64,000 nt of DNA from Oscillospiraceae bacterium (GCA_015063685.1 SVTR01000003.1:24372-88371), one strand, 5' to 3'. Counted from the stretch's first letter, positions 47,971 through 58,858 are shown. The notes: generated by a model from the sequence alone, not told the origin. A program made the numbers and translations.

Positions 47971-49422
47971 ATGAAAGACATTTCCCGAAATCTGACCATG
48001 CTCTGTGATTTTTACGAGCTTACCATGTCCAACGGCTATTTCAAAACGGGGCTGAAGGATCGCATCGTCTATTTTGACGTATTTTACCGCAAGAATCCCG
48101 ACCAGGGCGGCTTTGCCGTGGTGGCAGGCCTTGAGCAAATCGTGGAGTATATTCAAAGCCTCCATTTTGATGAGGACGATATCAACTATCTCCGCTCCAA
48201 AAATCTGTTCGACGAGGATTTTCTCGCTTACCTTGCGGATTTCTCCTTTACGGGCGACATTTGGGCTGTGCCCGAGGGCACCTACGTGTTCCCCGGTGAG
48301 CCTCTCATGATCGTCCGTGCACCTGCCATTCAGGCGCAGTTCATTGAGACGTACGTGCTCATGGTCATCAACCACGAATCCCTCATCGCCACCAAGGCCT
48401 CCCGTCTGACGAGAGCCGCCAAGGGCCGTGCTATCAGTGAGTTCGGTTCTCGCCGCGCTCAGGGTGCGGACGCGGCCATCCTGGGTGCCCGCGCCGCCTA
48501 CATCGGCGGCGTGAACGCCACCGCCTGCACCATCTCCGACGAGGTCTACGGCGTCCCCGCTTCCGGCACCATGGCCCACGCCTGGGTGCAGATGTTTGAC
48601 GACGAATACACCGCCTTCAAGACCTACTGCGAGATCTATCCCACCAACGCTACCCTGCTCATCGACACCTACAACGTACTGGAATCGGGTGTGCCCAACG
48701 CCATCCGCGCCTTTAACGAGGTGCTGAAGCCCCTGGGCATTACCAAGTGCGGCGTGCGTCTGGACTCTGGTGATATTGCCTATCTTTCCAAGAAGGTGCG
48801 CAAGGCTTTGGACGAGGCAGGCTGGTTCGACTGCAAGATCATTGTTTCCAACTCTTTGGATGAGTATATCATTCGTGAGCTGATCCGCCAGGGGGCGGCT
48901 GTGGATGCCTTCGGTGTGGGTGAGCGTCTCATCACCGCCAAGAGCGATCCCGTGTTCGGCGGCGTTTACAAGCTCTGCGCCGTGGAGGATCCCGACGGCA
49001 CCATCGTTCCCCGTATCAAGATCAGCGAAAACGTGGGCAAGATCACCACGCCTCACTTCAAGAAGGTGTACCGTCTCCGCGGACGTGACACAGGCAAGGC
49101 TGAGGCTGACCTCATCTGCCTCCACGACGAGGTGGTGGACGACACCCAGCCCATCGAGATCTTTGATCCCATCAACACCTGGAAGCGCAAGACCCTCACC
49201 AATTTCACCGCCACCGAGCTGCTGGTTCCCATCTTCAAGGACGGCAAGCTGGTATACGATCTGCCCACCCTTGAGGAAATCCGCCGCCATTGCCAGGAGG
49301 AGCGCGAGGGTATGTGGGAGGAGGTCCGCCGCTTTACCAATCCTCACGATTATTACGTGGATCTTTCCCAGAAGCTATGGGATATCAAGCATAGCTTGCT
49401 GAACAAGAGAAATAAGGGATAA
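47971..49422 (+). CDS. pncB: Nicotinate phosphoribosyltransferase
   Basis: DFYELTM, EFGSRRAQ, GTMAHAW, LIDTY, VRLDSGD, GGVYKL. Confidence 0.95.
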   Translation: MKDISRNLTMLCDFYELTMSNGYFKTGLKDRIVYFDVFYRKNPDQGGFAVVAGLEQIVEYIQSLHFDEDDINYLRSKNLFDEDFLAYLADFSFTGDIWAVPEGTYVFPGEPLMIVRAPAIQAQFIETYVLMVINHESLIATKASRLTRAAKGRAISEFGSRRAQGADAAILGARAAYIGGVNATACTISDEVYGVPASGTMAHAWVQMFDDEYTAFKTYCEIYPTNATLLIDTYNVLESGVPNAIRAFNEVLKPLGITKCGVRLDSGDIAYLSKKVRKALDEAGWFDCKIIVSNSLDEYIIRELIRQGAAVDAFGVGERLITAKSDPVFGGVYKLCAVEDPDGTIVPRIKISENVGKITTPHFKKVYRLRGRDTGKAEADLICLHDEVVDDTQPIEIFDPINTWKRKTLTNFTATELLVPIFKDGKLVYDLPTLEEIRRHCQEEREGMWEEVRRFTNPHDYYVDLSQKLWDIKHSLLNKRNKG

Positions 49423-49427
49423 TCAAA

Positions 49428-49680
49428 TAAATTGTTGTTTATGGGCGTTTACTGACCAACATGGTCGTAGGGGCGAACTGTGTTCGCCCGTAATAAAAAG
49501 TATATTGATAAGCAAAGGCTTTTGGGGAACGGCGGGCGAACGCAGTTCGCCCCTACGGGTTCATAGTAAGCCCACGCCAACAACAATTTATTTAACCAAC
49601 TGCCCATCGCGGTATGCGGTAAGCACAGGATGCACTACCCCGAGCGTTGGCAGGCGGCACGGCCGCCAAACAACAATTTA
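49428..49680. repeat. Mosaic intergenic repeat: inverted GTAG-type REP pair within TAAATTGTTGTT termini, plus one 90-bp unit
   Basis: GTAGGGGCGAAC..GTTCGCCC / GGGCGAAC..GTTCGCCCCTAC; motif at 49428, reverse-complement motif ending 49590 and 49680. Confidence 0.8.
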
Positions 49681-49711
49681 ACGTTTCATTCTTAATTTTA
49701 AGGAGGCCATC

Positions 49712-50287
49712 ATGTCTTACGATTCCCTTGAATCCCTCGCCGCGGCTTGTGCCTCCTGTCAGGCTTGTCCTTTAGGCAAGACCCGCACGAATCTTGTCTT
49801 CGGCGTAGGCTCTCCCACCGCTGACCTCATGTTCGTGGGGGAAGCCCCCGGACAGCAGGAGGATGAGCAAGGCATCCCCTTCGTGGGAGCGGCGGGTCAG
49901 CTCCTTGACCGCTATCTTTACGCCGTGGGCATTCCCCGCGAGTCGGTGTATATCGCCAACATTTTGAAATGCCGTCCGCCCCGCAACCGTGATCCCCTGC
50001 CCGAGGAGGAGGACGCCTGCATCGGGCATCTCCGTGAGCAGATCAAGCTGATCCGCCCCAAGATGATCGTGTGTCTCGGGCGCATCTCGGCCATGCGGCT
50101 CATCAAGCCCGACTACCGCATCACCCGTGAGCATGGTACCTTTGTCAAGAAGGGGGCGTTTCTCATGACCGCCGTATATCATCCCTCCGCCCTCCTGCGA
50201 GACCCCTCCAAAAAAGAGGCCATGCTCATCGACATGGAAAATATCAAAACGCAGTTAGATATTCTTACTTCTGAGAAAGGCTCATGA
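49712..50287 (+). CDS. Uracil-DNA glycosylase family 4
   Basis: CxxC, GEAPG, PFVGAAG, KCRPP, YHPS. Confidence 0.93.
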   Translation: MSYDSLESLAAACASCQACPLGKTRTNLVFGVGSPTADLMFVGEAPGQQEDEQGIPFVGAAGQLLDRYLYAVGIPRESVYIANILKCRPPRNRDPLPEEEDACIGHLREQIKLIRPKMIVCLGRISAMRLIKPDYRITREHGTFVKKGAFLMTAVYHPSALLRDPSKKEAMLIDMENIKTQLDILTSEKGS

Positions 50288-50288
50288 C

Positions 50289-51251
50289 ATGACACTTAAT
50301 TACACGTCTTTGCTCACCATCATCGCCACCTTGTTTTTGCTCATGGCCTGTGGCTTTATTGCCCGAAAGATGAACATCATTGACGACGTGGCCTCCAAGC
50401 GGCTGTCCTCCCTCATCATCAAGATCGGTCAGCCCATGATGATCATCGCCGCCCTCATCAAAGCCGAATTTTCCTACGACAACCTGAAGGACGGTCTGCT
50501 GATCGTGGTCATCGGCTTGGGACTCCACACTGTTATGGCTGCCCTGGCTTTCGGCTTTTGCGCAGGCTTCAAGGATCTTGACGAGCGCAAGATCACGGAG
50601 TTTTCCTTGGTCTTTACCAACGCGGGCTTCATCGGTTTCCCCATCATGGAGGCCTTGTTTGGCCCCAAGGGACTGTTTCTGGCGTCCTTTTACGTCATCA
50701 GCTTCCACCTGTTCATCTGGTCCTGGGGCATTGCCATTCTGGCACGCAAGCGGACGGATATCAAGCTGACGGTTCGCAAGATTTTTGTCAACCTCGGCTC
50801 CATCCCCTGCCTCATCGGCATCCTGCTCTATTTGCTGGTGATCCCCTTCCCCGATTTCGTCATGCCCGCCTTCATTGTGAAGTTCACAAGCTATCTGGGT
50901 GATCTTTGCACCCCCATTTCGGTGCTGATCACGGGCGCGCTTCTGGCTACCAGAACCCCAAAGCAGATCTTCGGATCGGGCAAGATCTATTATTTCTCGG
51001 CCCTGAAGCTGCTGGTCATCCCCGCCATCGTGTGCGTGCTTGCCAAGCTCATCGGCCTGCCCAATGACACAGTGCTGTTTTGCACCGTGGAGGCCGCGCT
51101 TCCTGCCGCCGCCACCATCACCATGTTCTCCGAATTATACGGACTCAACGCGGGATACGCTTCCCAGACCGTGGGAACATCCTCTCTTTTGTCCGTAGGA
51201 ACGCTACCGCTGATCATTATGGCGGCGGAATGGTTCGTAAACCTTTGGTAA
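50289..51251 (+). CDS. AEC family transporter
   Basis: FTNAGFIGFPI, ALPAA, about 10 TM segments. Confidence 0.9.
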   Translation: MTLNYTSLLTIIATLFLLMACGFIARKMNIIDDVASKRLSSLIIKIGQPMMIIAALIKAEFSYDNLKDGLLIVVIGLGLHTVMAALAFGFCAGFKDLDERKITEFSLVFTNAGFIGFPIMEALFGPKGLFLASFYVISFHLFIWSWGIAILARKRTDIKLTVRKIFVNLGSIPCLIGILLYLLVIPFPDFVMPAFIVKFTSYLGDLCTPISVLITGALLATRTPKQIFGSGKIYYFSALKLLVIPAIVCVLAKLIGLPNDTVLFCTVEAALPAAATITMFSELYGLNAGYASQTVGTSSLLSVGTLPLIIMAAEWFVNLW

Positions 51252-51275
51252 AAAATAAAAAGTAAGGATATACAT

Positions 51276-51578
51276 ATGAACAACAGAATTGACGACGAAC
51301 GCCTGGAATACCTTTACAGAGGCATTTTGACTCTGGAAACCGTAGAAGACTGCCGCCGCTTTTTTGAAGATCTCTGCACCCCCTCCGAGCTTGTGGAAAT
51401 GTCCCGTCGGATGCAGGCGGCTAAGATGTTAAAAAACAACATGGTCTACACCGAGATCGCCGCCGAAACGGGACTGAGCACCGCTACCATCAGCCGTGTG
51501 AACCGTTGTCTCAAGTTCAACGACGGTGGGTATGTGAAGGTGCTGGACGATCTGGACAGAGTGTACAGAAAGAAGTAA
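51276..51578 (+). CDS. YerC/YecD TrpR-like protein
   Basis: FFEDLCT, STATISRVNRCL. Confidence 0.9.
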   Translation: MNNRIDDERLEYLYRGILTLETVEDCRRFFEDLCTPSELVEMSRRMQAAKMLKNNMVYTEIAAETGLSTATISRVNRCLKFNDGGYVKVLDDLDRVYRKK

Positions 51579-51595
51579 AAGAAAAGGAACACGCC

Positions 51596-52465
51596 ATGTA
51601 CGACGGATATCACGCCCTGGCCGCCGCCTACGACAGGCTCAACGCCGAGGTAGACTACGAAAAATGGAGCAGGTTCATTGATGCCTGTTTCAAAAAATAC
51701 TTGCCCGCCAAGCCCGAGATCGTCCTTGACCTGGCCTGCGGCACGGGACGCATGACCTTCCCCCTTTTGGAGATGGGCTACGACATGATCGGCATCGACG
51801 GCAGCGAGGATATGCTGGCAGAGGCCTACTTCCGCTCCGACGAGCGGGCCGAAAGGTTTTTGGACGAAAACGGAGACCTGCCCACCGACGGCAGCTATCA
51901 GTCCCCCCTGTTTCTCCAGCAGGATATGCGGGATTTCGAGCTATACGGCACGGTGGACGCCGCCGTGTGCTGTTTGGACAGTCTCAACTATCTGACGGGT
52001 GAGGGTGACCTTGACAAGTGCCTCGCCTGCGTTTATCTGTATCTTGCTCCCGGTGGGCTTTTGGTTTTTGACGTGAATTCCCCCTACAAGTTTGAGCACA
52101 TTTACGGCAATAACGCCTACGTGCTGGAGGACGGTGCCACCGAGGATCGAGGTTCGGTCTTCTGCGGCTGGCAGAACGAATATGACCCCGAAAGTCGGCT
52201 GTGCAAATTTTACCTGTCCGTCTTTGAAGAGCAGGAAAACGGTACTTACCGCCGGGCTGACGAGGAGCAGACCGAGCGGTGCTACACCCAAAAAGAAATC
52301 CTTGCCGCTCTTGACAAGGCCGGCTTTGACCTTTGCGGCATCTTCTCTGACTTTGCCTTTTCCCCCATCACCGAAACCACTGAGCGGTGGTACGTGGTGG
52401 CAAGAACGCGCAAGCGAGGGGACTGGTATCTGTGTGAAGATCCGGGCACCCGGGCTTTCGAATAA
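51596..52465 (+). CDS. Class I SAM-dependent methyltransferase
   Basis: LDLACGTG, QDMR, DSLNYL, PGGLLVFD; start reassigned to 51596. Confidence 0.9.
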   Translation: MYDGYHALAAAYDRLNAEVDYEKWSRFIDACFKKYLPAKPEIVLDLACGTGRMTFPLLEMGYDMIGIDGSEDMLAEAYFRSDERAERFLDENGDLPTDGSYQSPLFLQQDMRDFELYGTVDAAVCCLDSLNYLTGEGDLDKCLACVYLYLAPGGLLVFDVNSPYKFEHIYGNNAYVLEDGATEDRGSVFCGWQNEYDPESRLCKFYLSVFEEQENGTYRRADEEQTERCYTQKEILAALDKAGFDLCGIFSDFAFSPITETTERWYVVARTRKRGDWYLCEDPGTRAFE

Positions 52466-52566
52466 CTGTAGGACGGTTCCAAATACTCAGCATATGACAA
52501 TTGGCGAAAATTTCTTGTTTGACCCAAAAAGGGCGACTCCCTTGCGGAATCGCCCAATATTTGATA

Positions 52567-54672
52567 TTAATAGGCCTGAAGGCTTCCCATTTCGCTGTAA
52601 CCCGTGTAGGTGGTCACATCTACCACACCGTCCACCGCCTCGCCGGCTTCACCGCCATACACAAAGGTGTAGGTGTCTCCCGCCGTCAAGTCAGGAGAGC
52701 TGTATACGACAGACGCGATAGCCTTGGGTAGCTCAAAGGCGGCGATAACGTTGCCGCCGGCATCCTTGATACCAATGAGGGTACCTGCCTGGATGGTGTT
52801 CATATAAGCCGCAAACACCGCTTGACCGTTGTTTTGCGCCGTGTCTGCCATGCCGCTGCTGCCCACCGCCAAGAAGGTGCCGCCCGAGATGGTCATATTG
52901 CAGTTGCCGTCACCAAAGTCGATGGGGCCGTTACCGTTGTTGGTGGGGCCGTAGACGTACAGAGTGCCCCCTGTCATGACAATGTTGCCGTTGGAATCGA
53001 TGCCGTCACCTGCGGCGTTGACCACGGTGTAGCCTCCCGAAATGGTAAGCAGGGGTGAGGGGGTATTGGTATCCTCGGTAGTCGAAGAGCTGCTGTCGCT
53101 ACCCCACCAGCCGCCGGGTCTGCCACCCATCCCCATAGAGGTACCGCCGTTGGCGTTTGTGCCATCATCAGAGGCAGTGATACGGTTGGTACCGCCCGAA
53201 ATGGTGATCTGATTGGCCTCAATGCCCTCGTAGCTCTTGGCGATCTCGGTGACACCGCCGCTGACCGTCAAAGTGTTGTCAGCGTGAATGCCGTCATCAT
53301 TGGCGGAGAGATAAATACTGCCGTCCTTGATCCACACCGCATCGTCGGCATGAATACCGTCGTCGGCAGAATCAATCGTGATCTTGCCCCCCGACACCAC
53401 AAGCGTTCCTGTGGCCTTGAGTCCCTTGGCGCTGATGGTGGATTTATTGCTGTTACCCTCACCGGGCATACCGCCACCACCGCCGAAGCCTCCGGGAGGC
53501 ATACTGCCACCGCCGGGGCCCCGCAGAGAATCGTAAACAGGGGTTGTTTTGGTTGCCGATACGGTGTCGACATCGGCGTCCTTGGTGGTGATAACCACAA
53601 CACCACCCGTAACCGTCAGATCCGTGGCGGCGGCAATGCCGTCACCCGTGGCGGTGATATACAGCGCACCGTTTTCAATGAGGACTTGTCCCTTGCCCTC
53701 TGTCTCCACGTTGGCGCTCTTGATGCCGTCGCCACCTGCCGTGACGGTGATCTCACCGCCGCTGACCGTGACCGAATCGTTGCCGCGCATACCTATCCCC
53801 ACCGAGTTGACCACCCAAGTACCGCTTCGGATATCCAGGTCGTCCTTGGTGTTGACACCCTTGTCGGCGTTTCCGTTGATATACAGCGTGCCTTCGCCCT
53901 CAAAGCGAAGATCCTCACAAGCATAGATGCAAGCGTTGGGGTAGATCTCCCCCTCCACCTGATCCTCATCGGCCACAACGTAACCCGTGCCGTCGGACAG
54001 AATATTGACCGACTCTGCGGCCGTATAAATCTCCACTCGCTTGGGCGCGGATTTGACAAACACCGCTGGGCCGTCGGAATTGGTGAGAGATACTCCATTG
54101 AGCACCAGAACCACCTTGGATTCGTCGGTGGTGTCTACCACGAGCTGGCCGTCAGCCATGGAGCCGCTGACAAGATACGTCCCGGCGGCGATAATGGTCA
54201 CAACCTTTCCCTCCACCGTCGCACCCGACCCGGTCACGGCCACAGTTTCACCCAAAGTAATAGTGGATTCCGATGTTTGCGCATAATCTCCCGTGGATGG
54301 TGTCTCCGCAGTTTCAGGCTCAGGAGCTATGTCCGGGATCACCACCTGGGTAGCCGCTCCCGTGGAAGCCTCGACATCTGATCCCGAGGGAACCTTGTCG
54401 GAGGGAGGCGTAGTTGTTCCTGAGTCCACCGTATTTTGATCATCCGCGGCGGTACTATTCTCTATGGAAGGGGCATTGGTATTTGCGGTTGAAGAACCCT
54501 CCTCCGGAGAGGAGCCTCCCTGGCTTGATTCGACAGAATTACCGTCGGAAGCAACACCGCTCTCCGTGTAATCCACTCCCTTATCCGCCCCTTGGCAAGA
54601 GGTCAGAAGCACGCTGAAGGAAAGAAGCACGGCTGCCATAGCGGCTGCACATTTGATATGCTGTTTGCCCAT
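52567..54672 (-). CDS. DUF4353 (Cthe_2159-like) carbohydrate-binding beta-helix lipoprotein
   Basis: Lipobox LTSC; repeated DDGIHA/GDGI motifs; SYEGIE; GDGIDSNG. Confidence 0.85.
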   Translation of the reverse strand: MGKQHIKCAAAMAAVLLSFSVLLTSCQGADKGVDYTESGVASDGNSVESSQGGSSPEEGSSTANTNAPSIENSTAADDQNTVDSGTTTPPSDKVPSGSDVEASTGAATQVVIPDIAPEPETAETPSTGDYAQTSESTITLGETVAVTGSGATVEGKVVTIIAAGTYLVSGSMADGQLVVDTTDESKVVLVLNGVSLTNSDGPAVFVKSAPKRVEIYTAAESVNILSDGTGYVVADEDQVEGEIYPNACIYACEDLRFEGEGTLYINGNADKGVNTKDDLDIRSGTWVVNSVGIGMRGNDSVTVSGGEITVTAGGDGIKSANVETEGKGQVLIENGALYITATGDGIAAATDLTVTGGVVVITTKDADVDTVSATKTTPVYDSLRGPGGGSMPPGGFGGGGGMPGEGNSNKSTISAKGLKATGTLVVSGGKITIDSADDGIHADDAVWIKDGSIYLSANDDGIHADNTLTVSGGVTEIAKSYEGIEANQITISGGTNRITASDDGTNANGGTSMGMGGRPGGWWGSDSSSSTTEDTNTPSPLLTISGGYTVVNAAGDGIDSNGNIVMTGGTLYVYGPTNNGNGPIDFGDGNCNMTISGGTFLAVGSSGMADTAQNNGQAVFAAYMNTIQAGTLIGIKDAGGNVIAAFELPKAIASVVYSSPDLTAGDTYTFVYGGEAGEAVDGVVDVTTYTGYSEMGSLQAY

Positions 54673-54793
54673 AATGATGCACTCCTTTGCTATTTGATGG
54701 CTATATTATACACTTATTTTGTGTTAATTTTCAGTTATTGTTTTTGAATTTTCATGAAAATAGTGTGAAGAATTTTTGAAAAGGAAGAATTGT

Positions 54794-56077
54794 ATGAAGC
54801 TCACATTGGTTGCCACCTGTATGTTTGGCCTTGAAAAGCTCCTGGGTGAGGAGATCGACGCTCTCGGTCTCAAGCGTCTGGACACCATGGACGGCCGCGT
54901 TACCTTTGAGGGAGAGGAAGCCGATATTCCCCGCGCCAATATCCACCTGCGCTGTGCCGAGCGTGTGTTCGTTCGCCTTGGATGCTTTGAGGCCAAGTCC
55001 TTTTCCGACTTGTTCGACGGCACCAAAGCTCTCCCTTGGGAGGAATGGGTAGGAAGAAACGACGCCTTCCCCGTAAAAGGTCACTCCATCCGCTCGGGAC
55101 TGACCTCCATCCCCGATTGCCAGAGCATCGTCAAAAAGGCAGTGGTAGACAGACTTCACGACAAATACGGCATCTCCTGGTTTGAGGAAACGGGCGTCAA
55201 GTACCAGATTGAGTTTTTCATCTTCAAGGATATAGCCCATCTGATGATCGACACCTCGGGCGTCGCCCTTCATAAGCGAGGATACCGCACCGAAGCAGGC
55301 GCCGCTCCCCTGAGGGAGACCCTGGCCGCCGCCGTAGCCCTGACCGCCCGTCCCCGCGAGGATATCCTCTTCTGGGATCCCTTCTGCGGCGCGGGTACCA
55401 TCGCCATCGAGGCCGCCCAGATCGTCACAAACCGCGCCCCCGGTCTCGGACGCGCCTTCGTCTCAGAGCAGTTTCACCGTGTACCCACGGCTCTCTGGAG
55501 GGATGCCCGTGAAACCGCCGAAGCCGCCATCAGAACCGACTGTCATTTCGAGGTCTATGCATCGGACATTGATGAGGACATTCTGGATATCACTTATGAA
55601 AACGCCCTGCGGGGTGGTGTGGAGGAATATATCAATATTTTCCATGCCGACGCAAGAGCCATCCAAAAGCTTGATCGCAAGGGAACGATCGTGTGCAATC
55701 CCCCTTACGGCGAGCGCATGGGCGAGATACGGGAGGTAGAGCAGCTATATAGGGAGCTGGGACGAAATTGGAAAAATCTCGCGCCCTGGCAAATCTACGT
55801 TCTGACCTCTCACGACAAGTTTGACCGTCTCTACGGCCGCCCTGCCGACAAAACCAAAAAGCTTTATAACGGCATGATCCCTTGCTATCTCTACGAGTTT
55901 TTCAAGCCCGTCGATGAGGGGGCCAAGAAAACTTTCCCTCGCTTTGAAAAGGCCCATGACGATCAATTCCGTGGGGGAGACCGCCGTCCTTATCGCCAGG
56001 ATCATTCTCAGAGGGAATATCCAAGGCATGATCAGCCAAAGGGCTATCCCCAACACGATCAGAAGAAGAAAAAGTAA
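54794..56077 (+). CDS. THUMP-domain rRNA methyltransferase (RlmL/YpsC-like)
   Basis: LHKRGYR, APLRETLAA, DPFCGAGT, NPPYG. Confidence 0.9.
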   Translation: MKLTLVATCMFGLEKLLGEEIDALGLKRLDTMDGRVTFEGEEADIPRANIHLRCAERVFVRLGCFEAKSFSDLFDGTKALPWEEWVGRNDAFPVKGHSIRSGLTSIPDCQSIVKKAVVDRLHDKYGISWFEETGVKYQIEFFIFKDIAHLMIDTSGVALHKRGYRTEAGAAPLRETLAAAVALTARPREDILFWDPFCGAGTIAIEAAQIVTNRAPGLGRAFVSEQFHRVPTALWRDARETAEAAIRTDCHFEVYASDIDEDILDITYENALRGGVEEYINIFHADARAIQKLDRKGTIVCNPPYGERMGEIREVEQLYRELGRNWKNLAPWQIYVLTSHDKFDRLYGRPADKTKKLYNGMIPCYLYEFFKPVDEGAKKTFPRFEKAHDDQFRGGDRRPYRQDHSQREYPRHDQPKGYPQHDQKKKK

Positions 56078-56104
56078 GGCCATCACTAAGTTGAAGACTG
56101 CCTG

Positions 56105-56133
56105 TTGACAAAATTCCCAATTGATGTTATAAT
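56105..56133 (+). promoter_or_regulatory. Consensus sigmaA promoter
   Basis: TTGACA-17bp-TATAAT with extended TG. Confidence 0.85.
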
Positions 56134-56160
56134 AACACCATTATTTTCAAAGGAGGCACC

Positions 56161-56541
56161 ATGAAAATAAAGCGTATCCTTCTCATATGCTCTGCCCTGT
56201 GCCTCCTGGGCTTGTCTTTGTCCGCCTGCCGGAGTCATGGATTTTTATCAGACGATTTTGACGCCGGTGATACCGTTACCCCTGAGGAGCTGAGGGAGAT
56301 CTCCCGTGAGCTTTTCACCGAGGCCGAGACACCCGCACCGGAATCCGAGACCGAGAGTCAAGTCCCTGAAACCCTGGCCCCCGACGCAACCGTTTATTGG
56401 CTGGAGGGCGGCTCGGTCTATCACGCAAGCAGAGACTGCCATCATATCTCCCACGCCGCGCCCGAGGACATTGCCGAAGGTCAGATACCCGAGGCTGTTG
56501 CCCAAGGTAAAAAACGCCTTTGCGCCTCCTGCGCTCCGTGA
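56161..56541 (+). CDS. Lipoprotein with C-terminal Cys/His metal-binding motif
   Basis: Lipobox LSAC; VYH...C...CASC. Confidence 0.75.
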   Translation: MKIKRILLICSALCLLGLSLSACRSHGFLSDDFDAGDTVTPEELREISRELFTEAETPAPESETESQVPETLAPDATVYWLEGGSVYHASRDCHHISHAAPEDIAEGQIPEAVAQGKKRLCASCAP

Positions 56542-56557
56542 GAAAGGTTATCTTTAT

Positions 56558-57100
56558 ATGAACAAAAACCAAGCATCAAACACCCCGAAGCCCTTTCCTC
56601 TCAGGCTGATCCTTTGCGTGATCCTGGGCGTAGCTATCATAGCCAACATGATCATGATCTTCAGCTTTTCCTCCGAGGACGGCGAGGCATCCGGCGATCG
56701 GAGCCACGGCGTGACCGAAAACATCGTGCAGGTGGTCGTCCCCGATTACGACCAATTACCCCCCGAAAAGCAGGAGGAAAAGGTGGAGGAATTTCATCTG
56801 CCTATCCGCAAGCTGGCTCATTTTTGCGAGTTCGGACTTTTAGGTCTGCTCACCGCCGCCTTCATGAACGTCCTCGGGAAAGGAAAGCGTTGGCTGTGGT
56901 GGGTCATTCCCGCGGCCTTTTGCCTTCTGTATGCCATCAGTGACGAGCTGCATCAGATGTTTACCGAACGAGGCCCCGCCGTCACCGACGTGCTCATTGA
57001 TTTCAGCGGCAGTCTTTTAGGCGTCGCGGTCATGAATCTGATTTTGATTTTTGTTGGCCATTGCCTTCGTCGGCGAAAGGAGAGACGCTCATGCGAGTGA
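56558..57100 (+). CDS. VanZ family membrane protein
   Basis: IRKLAHFCEF, YAISDELHQ, DVLID. Confidence 0.88.
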   Translation: MNKNQASNTPKPFPLRLILCVILGVAIIANMIMIFSFSSEDGEASGDRSHGVTENIVQVVVPDYDQLPPEKQEEKVEEFHLPIRKLAHFCEFGLLGLLTAAFMNVLGKGKRWLWWVIPAAFCLLYAISDELHQMFTERGPAVTDVLIDFSGSLLGVAVMNLILIFVGHCLRRRKERRSCE

Positions 57101-57861
57101 CGCGGTATCATCTCTCCACCTCCAAAGCCGGCGTATCCTTTACCTGCGCTATCGTGGCAGATCTCCACGATCATCCTTACACCCCCATCTTTAAGATCCT
57201 GGAAACCGAGCAACCGGATATGATCCTCATTCCCGGTGATCTCACCGAATCTCTGGAGGAAGATTTTCAATCAAAGGACTTCCACCGCCCCGGTCTTGGA
57301 CTGCTCAACGAAGCTGTAAAAATCGCGCCCACCTTCTACGCCTTTGGCAATCACGAAAGCGGCGCCTGTCATAAAAATCTCCGCAACGCCGCCCATCTCG
57401 CCCCCGGGAAAGGACGTGTACATCCCTCCTGGAAGGAGGTCATCCGTGAAAGCGGTGCCATCCTTGTGGATGAAAACTGGGTCACCTGGCGCGGTCTGAC
57501 CATCGGCGGTCTGGGATCGGGACTGTTGAACCCCGGCAGAGTGCCCGTTTATGATTGGATCGAAAATTATGCCAAACAGCCCGGCTACAAGCTGCTTCTC
57601 TGCCATCACCCCGAATATTTTGACCGTTACCTACGGGATTATGACATTGACCTCTTTGTTTCGGGTCACGCCCACGGCGGTCAATGGCGGATCTTCGGTC
57701 GGGGTGTCTACGCCCCCGATCAACCCCTGTTCCCCAAGTACACCTCGGGTATTCACGAGGGTCGGCTGGTCATTTCCCGCGGTGTGGTCAACACCGTAAA
57801 GCCTATACCGCGATTTTTCAACCCCTGCGAGGTGGTTATTTTAACGGTCACCTCGGAATGA
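57091..57861 (+). CDS. Metallophosphoesterase
   Basis: DLH, GD, GNHE, HHP, GHAHGGQ. Confidence 0.92.
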   Translation: MRVTRYHLSTSKAGVSFTCAIVADLHDHPYTPIFKILETEQPDMILIPGDLTESLEEDFQSKDFHRPGLGLLNEAVKIAPTFYAFGNHESGACHKNLRNAAHLAPGKGRVHPSWKEVIRESGAILVDENWVTWRGLTIGGLGSGLLNPGRVPVYDWIENYAKQPGYKLLLCHHPEYFDRYLRDYDIDLFVSGHAHGGQWRIFGRGVYAPDQPLFPKYTSGIHEGRLVISRGVVNTVKPIPRFFNPCEVVILTVTSE

Positions 57862-57916
57862 CTCCATCACGCTACCGTTTCCATGCGAAGCAAATCATAA
57901 ATTAAGGAACAAAGCC

Positions 57917-58822
57917 ATGAACAATCAACCCAAAAACATCATTCTCCGCGGCATGACCCAGGACGGCAGTGCCCGTATCCACGTCATCCGCTCCACCGAA
58001 ATGGTCAATCAAGCCATTGAATATCACAAGCCCTCCCCCACCGCCACCGCCGCGCTGGGACGCGCTCTGACCGTCACCTCTATGATGGGCTGTATGCTGG
58101 GCGAAGAAACCGATTCCATCACTGTTTCCTTTGAGGGAGACGGCCCTGCGGGGCGTGTGCTGGCCGTCAGCGATTGGCTGGGTAACGTGCGGGGCTATAT
58201 CCAGCACCCCGAGGCTGACCTGCCTCTGAAGTCCAACGGCAAGCTGGACGTGGGCGGTCTCATTGGCGCGGGTGTGCTCAACGTCATCAAGGACTTGGGC
58301 GGTGACATCCCCGAAAGCGGTGCCGTAGCCCTGGTCAGCGGGGAGATCGCCGAAGATGTAACCACCTACTACGCCGAGAGCGAGCAGGTGCCTACCCTTT
58401 GCGCTTTGGGTGTTCTGATCAACGAGGACCATACCTGCCGCGCGGCAGGTGGTATTCTGGTGCAGCTTCTGCCCTTTGCCGATGACGAAACCGTCAGTCT
58501 CATTGAGCGCAACGCCGCCGACCTTGCCCACATCAGCGCCATGATCGACGCGGGCATGGACAACAAGGCCATTGCCGACGTGGCGCTGCGTGACATTCCC
58601 TACGATATCTTTGACGAGCTGGAGGTGGGCTACAAGTGCACCTGCTCCAAGGAGAAAATGGATGCGGTCATGCGCTCCATCGGCCGCCGCGAGGTGAACC
58701 GACTGCTTTCTGAGCAGGTAGCTGACGGCAAGCCCGAGGAGCTGGAGATCTCTTGTCGCTTCTGCAATACCCACTACGTCTACAGCAAGGACGAGTTGGA
58801 AAAGCTGGATTTCGCAAAATAA
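57917..58822 (+). CDS. hslO: Hsp33 chaperone
   Basis: SGEIAED, AAGG, CTC...CRFC zinc motif. Confidence 0.95.
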   Translation: MNNQPKNIILRGMTQDGSARIHVIRSTEMVNQAIEYHKPSPTATAALGRALTVTSMMGCMLGEETDSITVSFEGDGPAGRVLAVSDWLGNVRGYIQHPEADLPLKSNGKLDVGGLIGAGVLNVIKDLGGDIPESGAVALVSGEIAEDVTTYYAESEQVPTLCALGVLINEDHTCRAAGGILVQLLPFADDETVSLIERNAADLAHISAMIDAGMDNKAIADVALRDIPYDIFDELEVGYKCTCSKEKMDAVMRSIGRREVNRLLSEQVADGKPEELEISCRFCNTHYVYSKDELEKLDFAK

Positions 58823-58828
58823 TTTTAC

Positions 58829-58852
58829 AAGGGTGTCCGCAAGACACCCTTA
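58829..58852 (+). terminator. Hairpin after hslO
   Basis: AAGGGTGTC-CGCAA-GACACCCTT. Confidence 0.6.
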
Positions 58853-58858
58853 CACGTA

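Noticed and set aside
49428-49441. Link between the TAAATTGTTGTTT repeat terminus and the switch arm TTATGTTGTT
   Set aside because: Only TGTTGTT is shared and the TTATG core is missing; may be chance.
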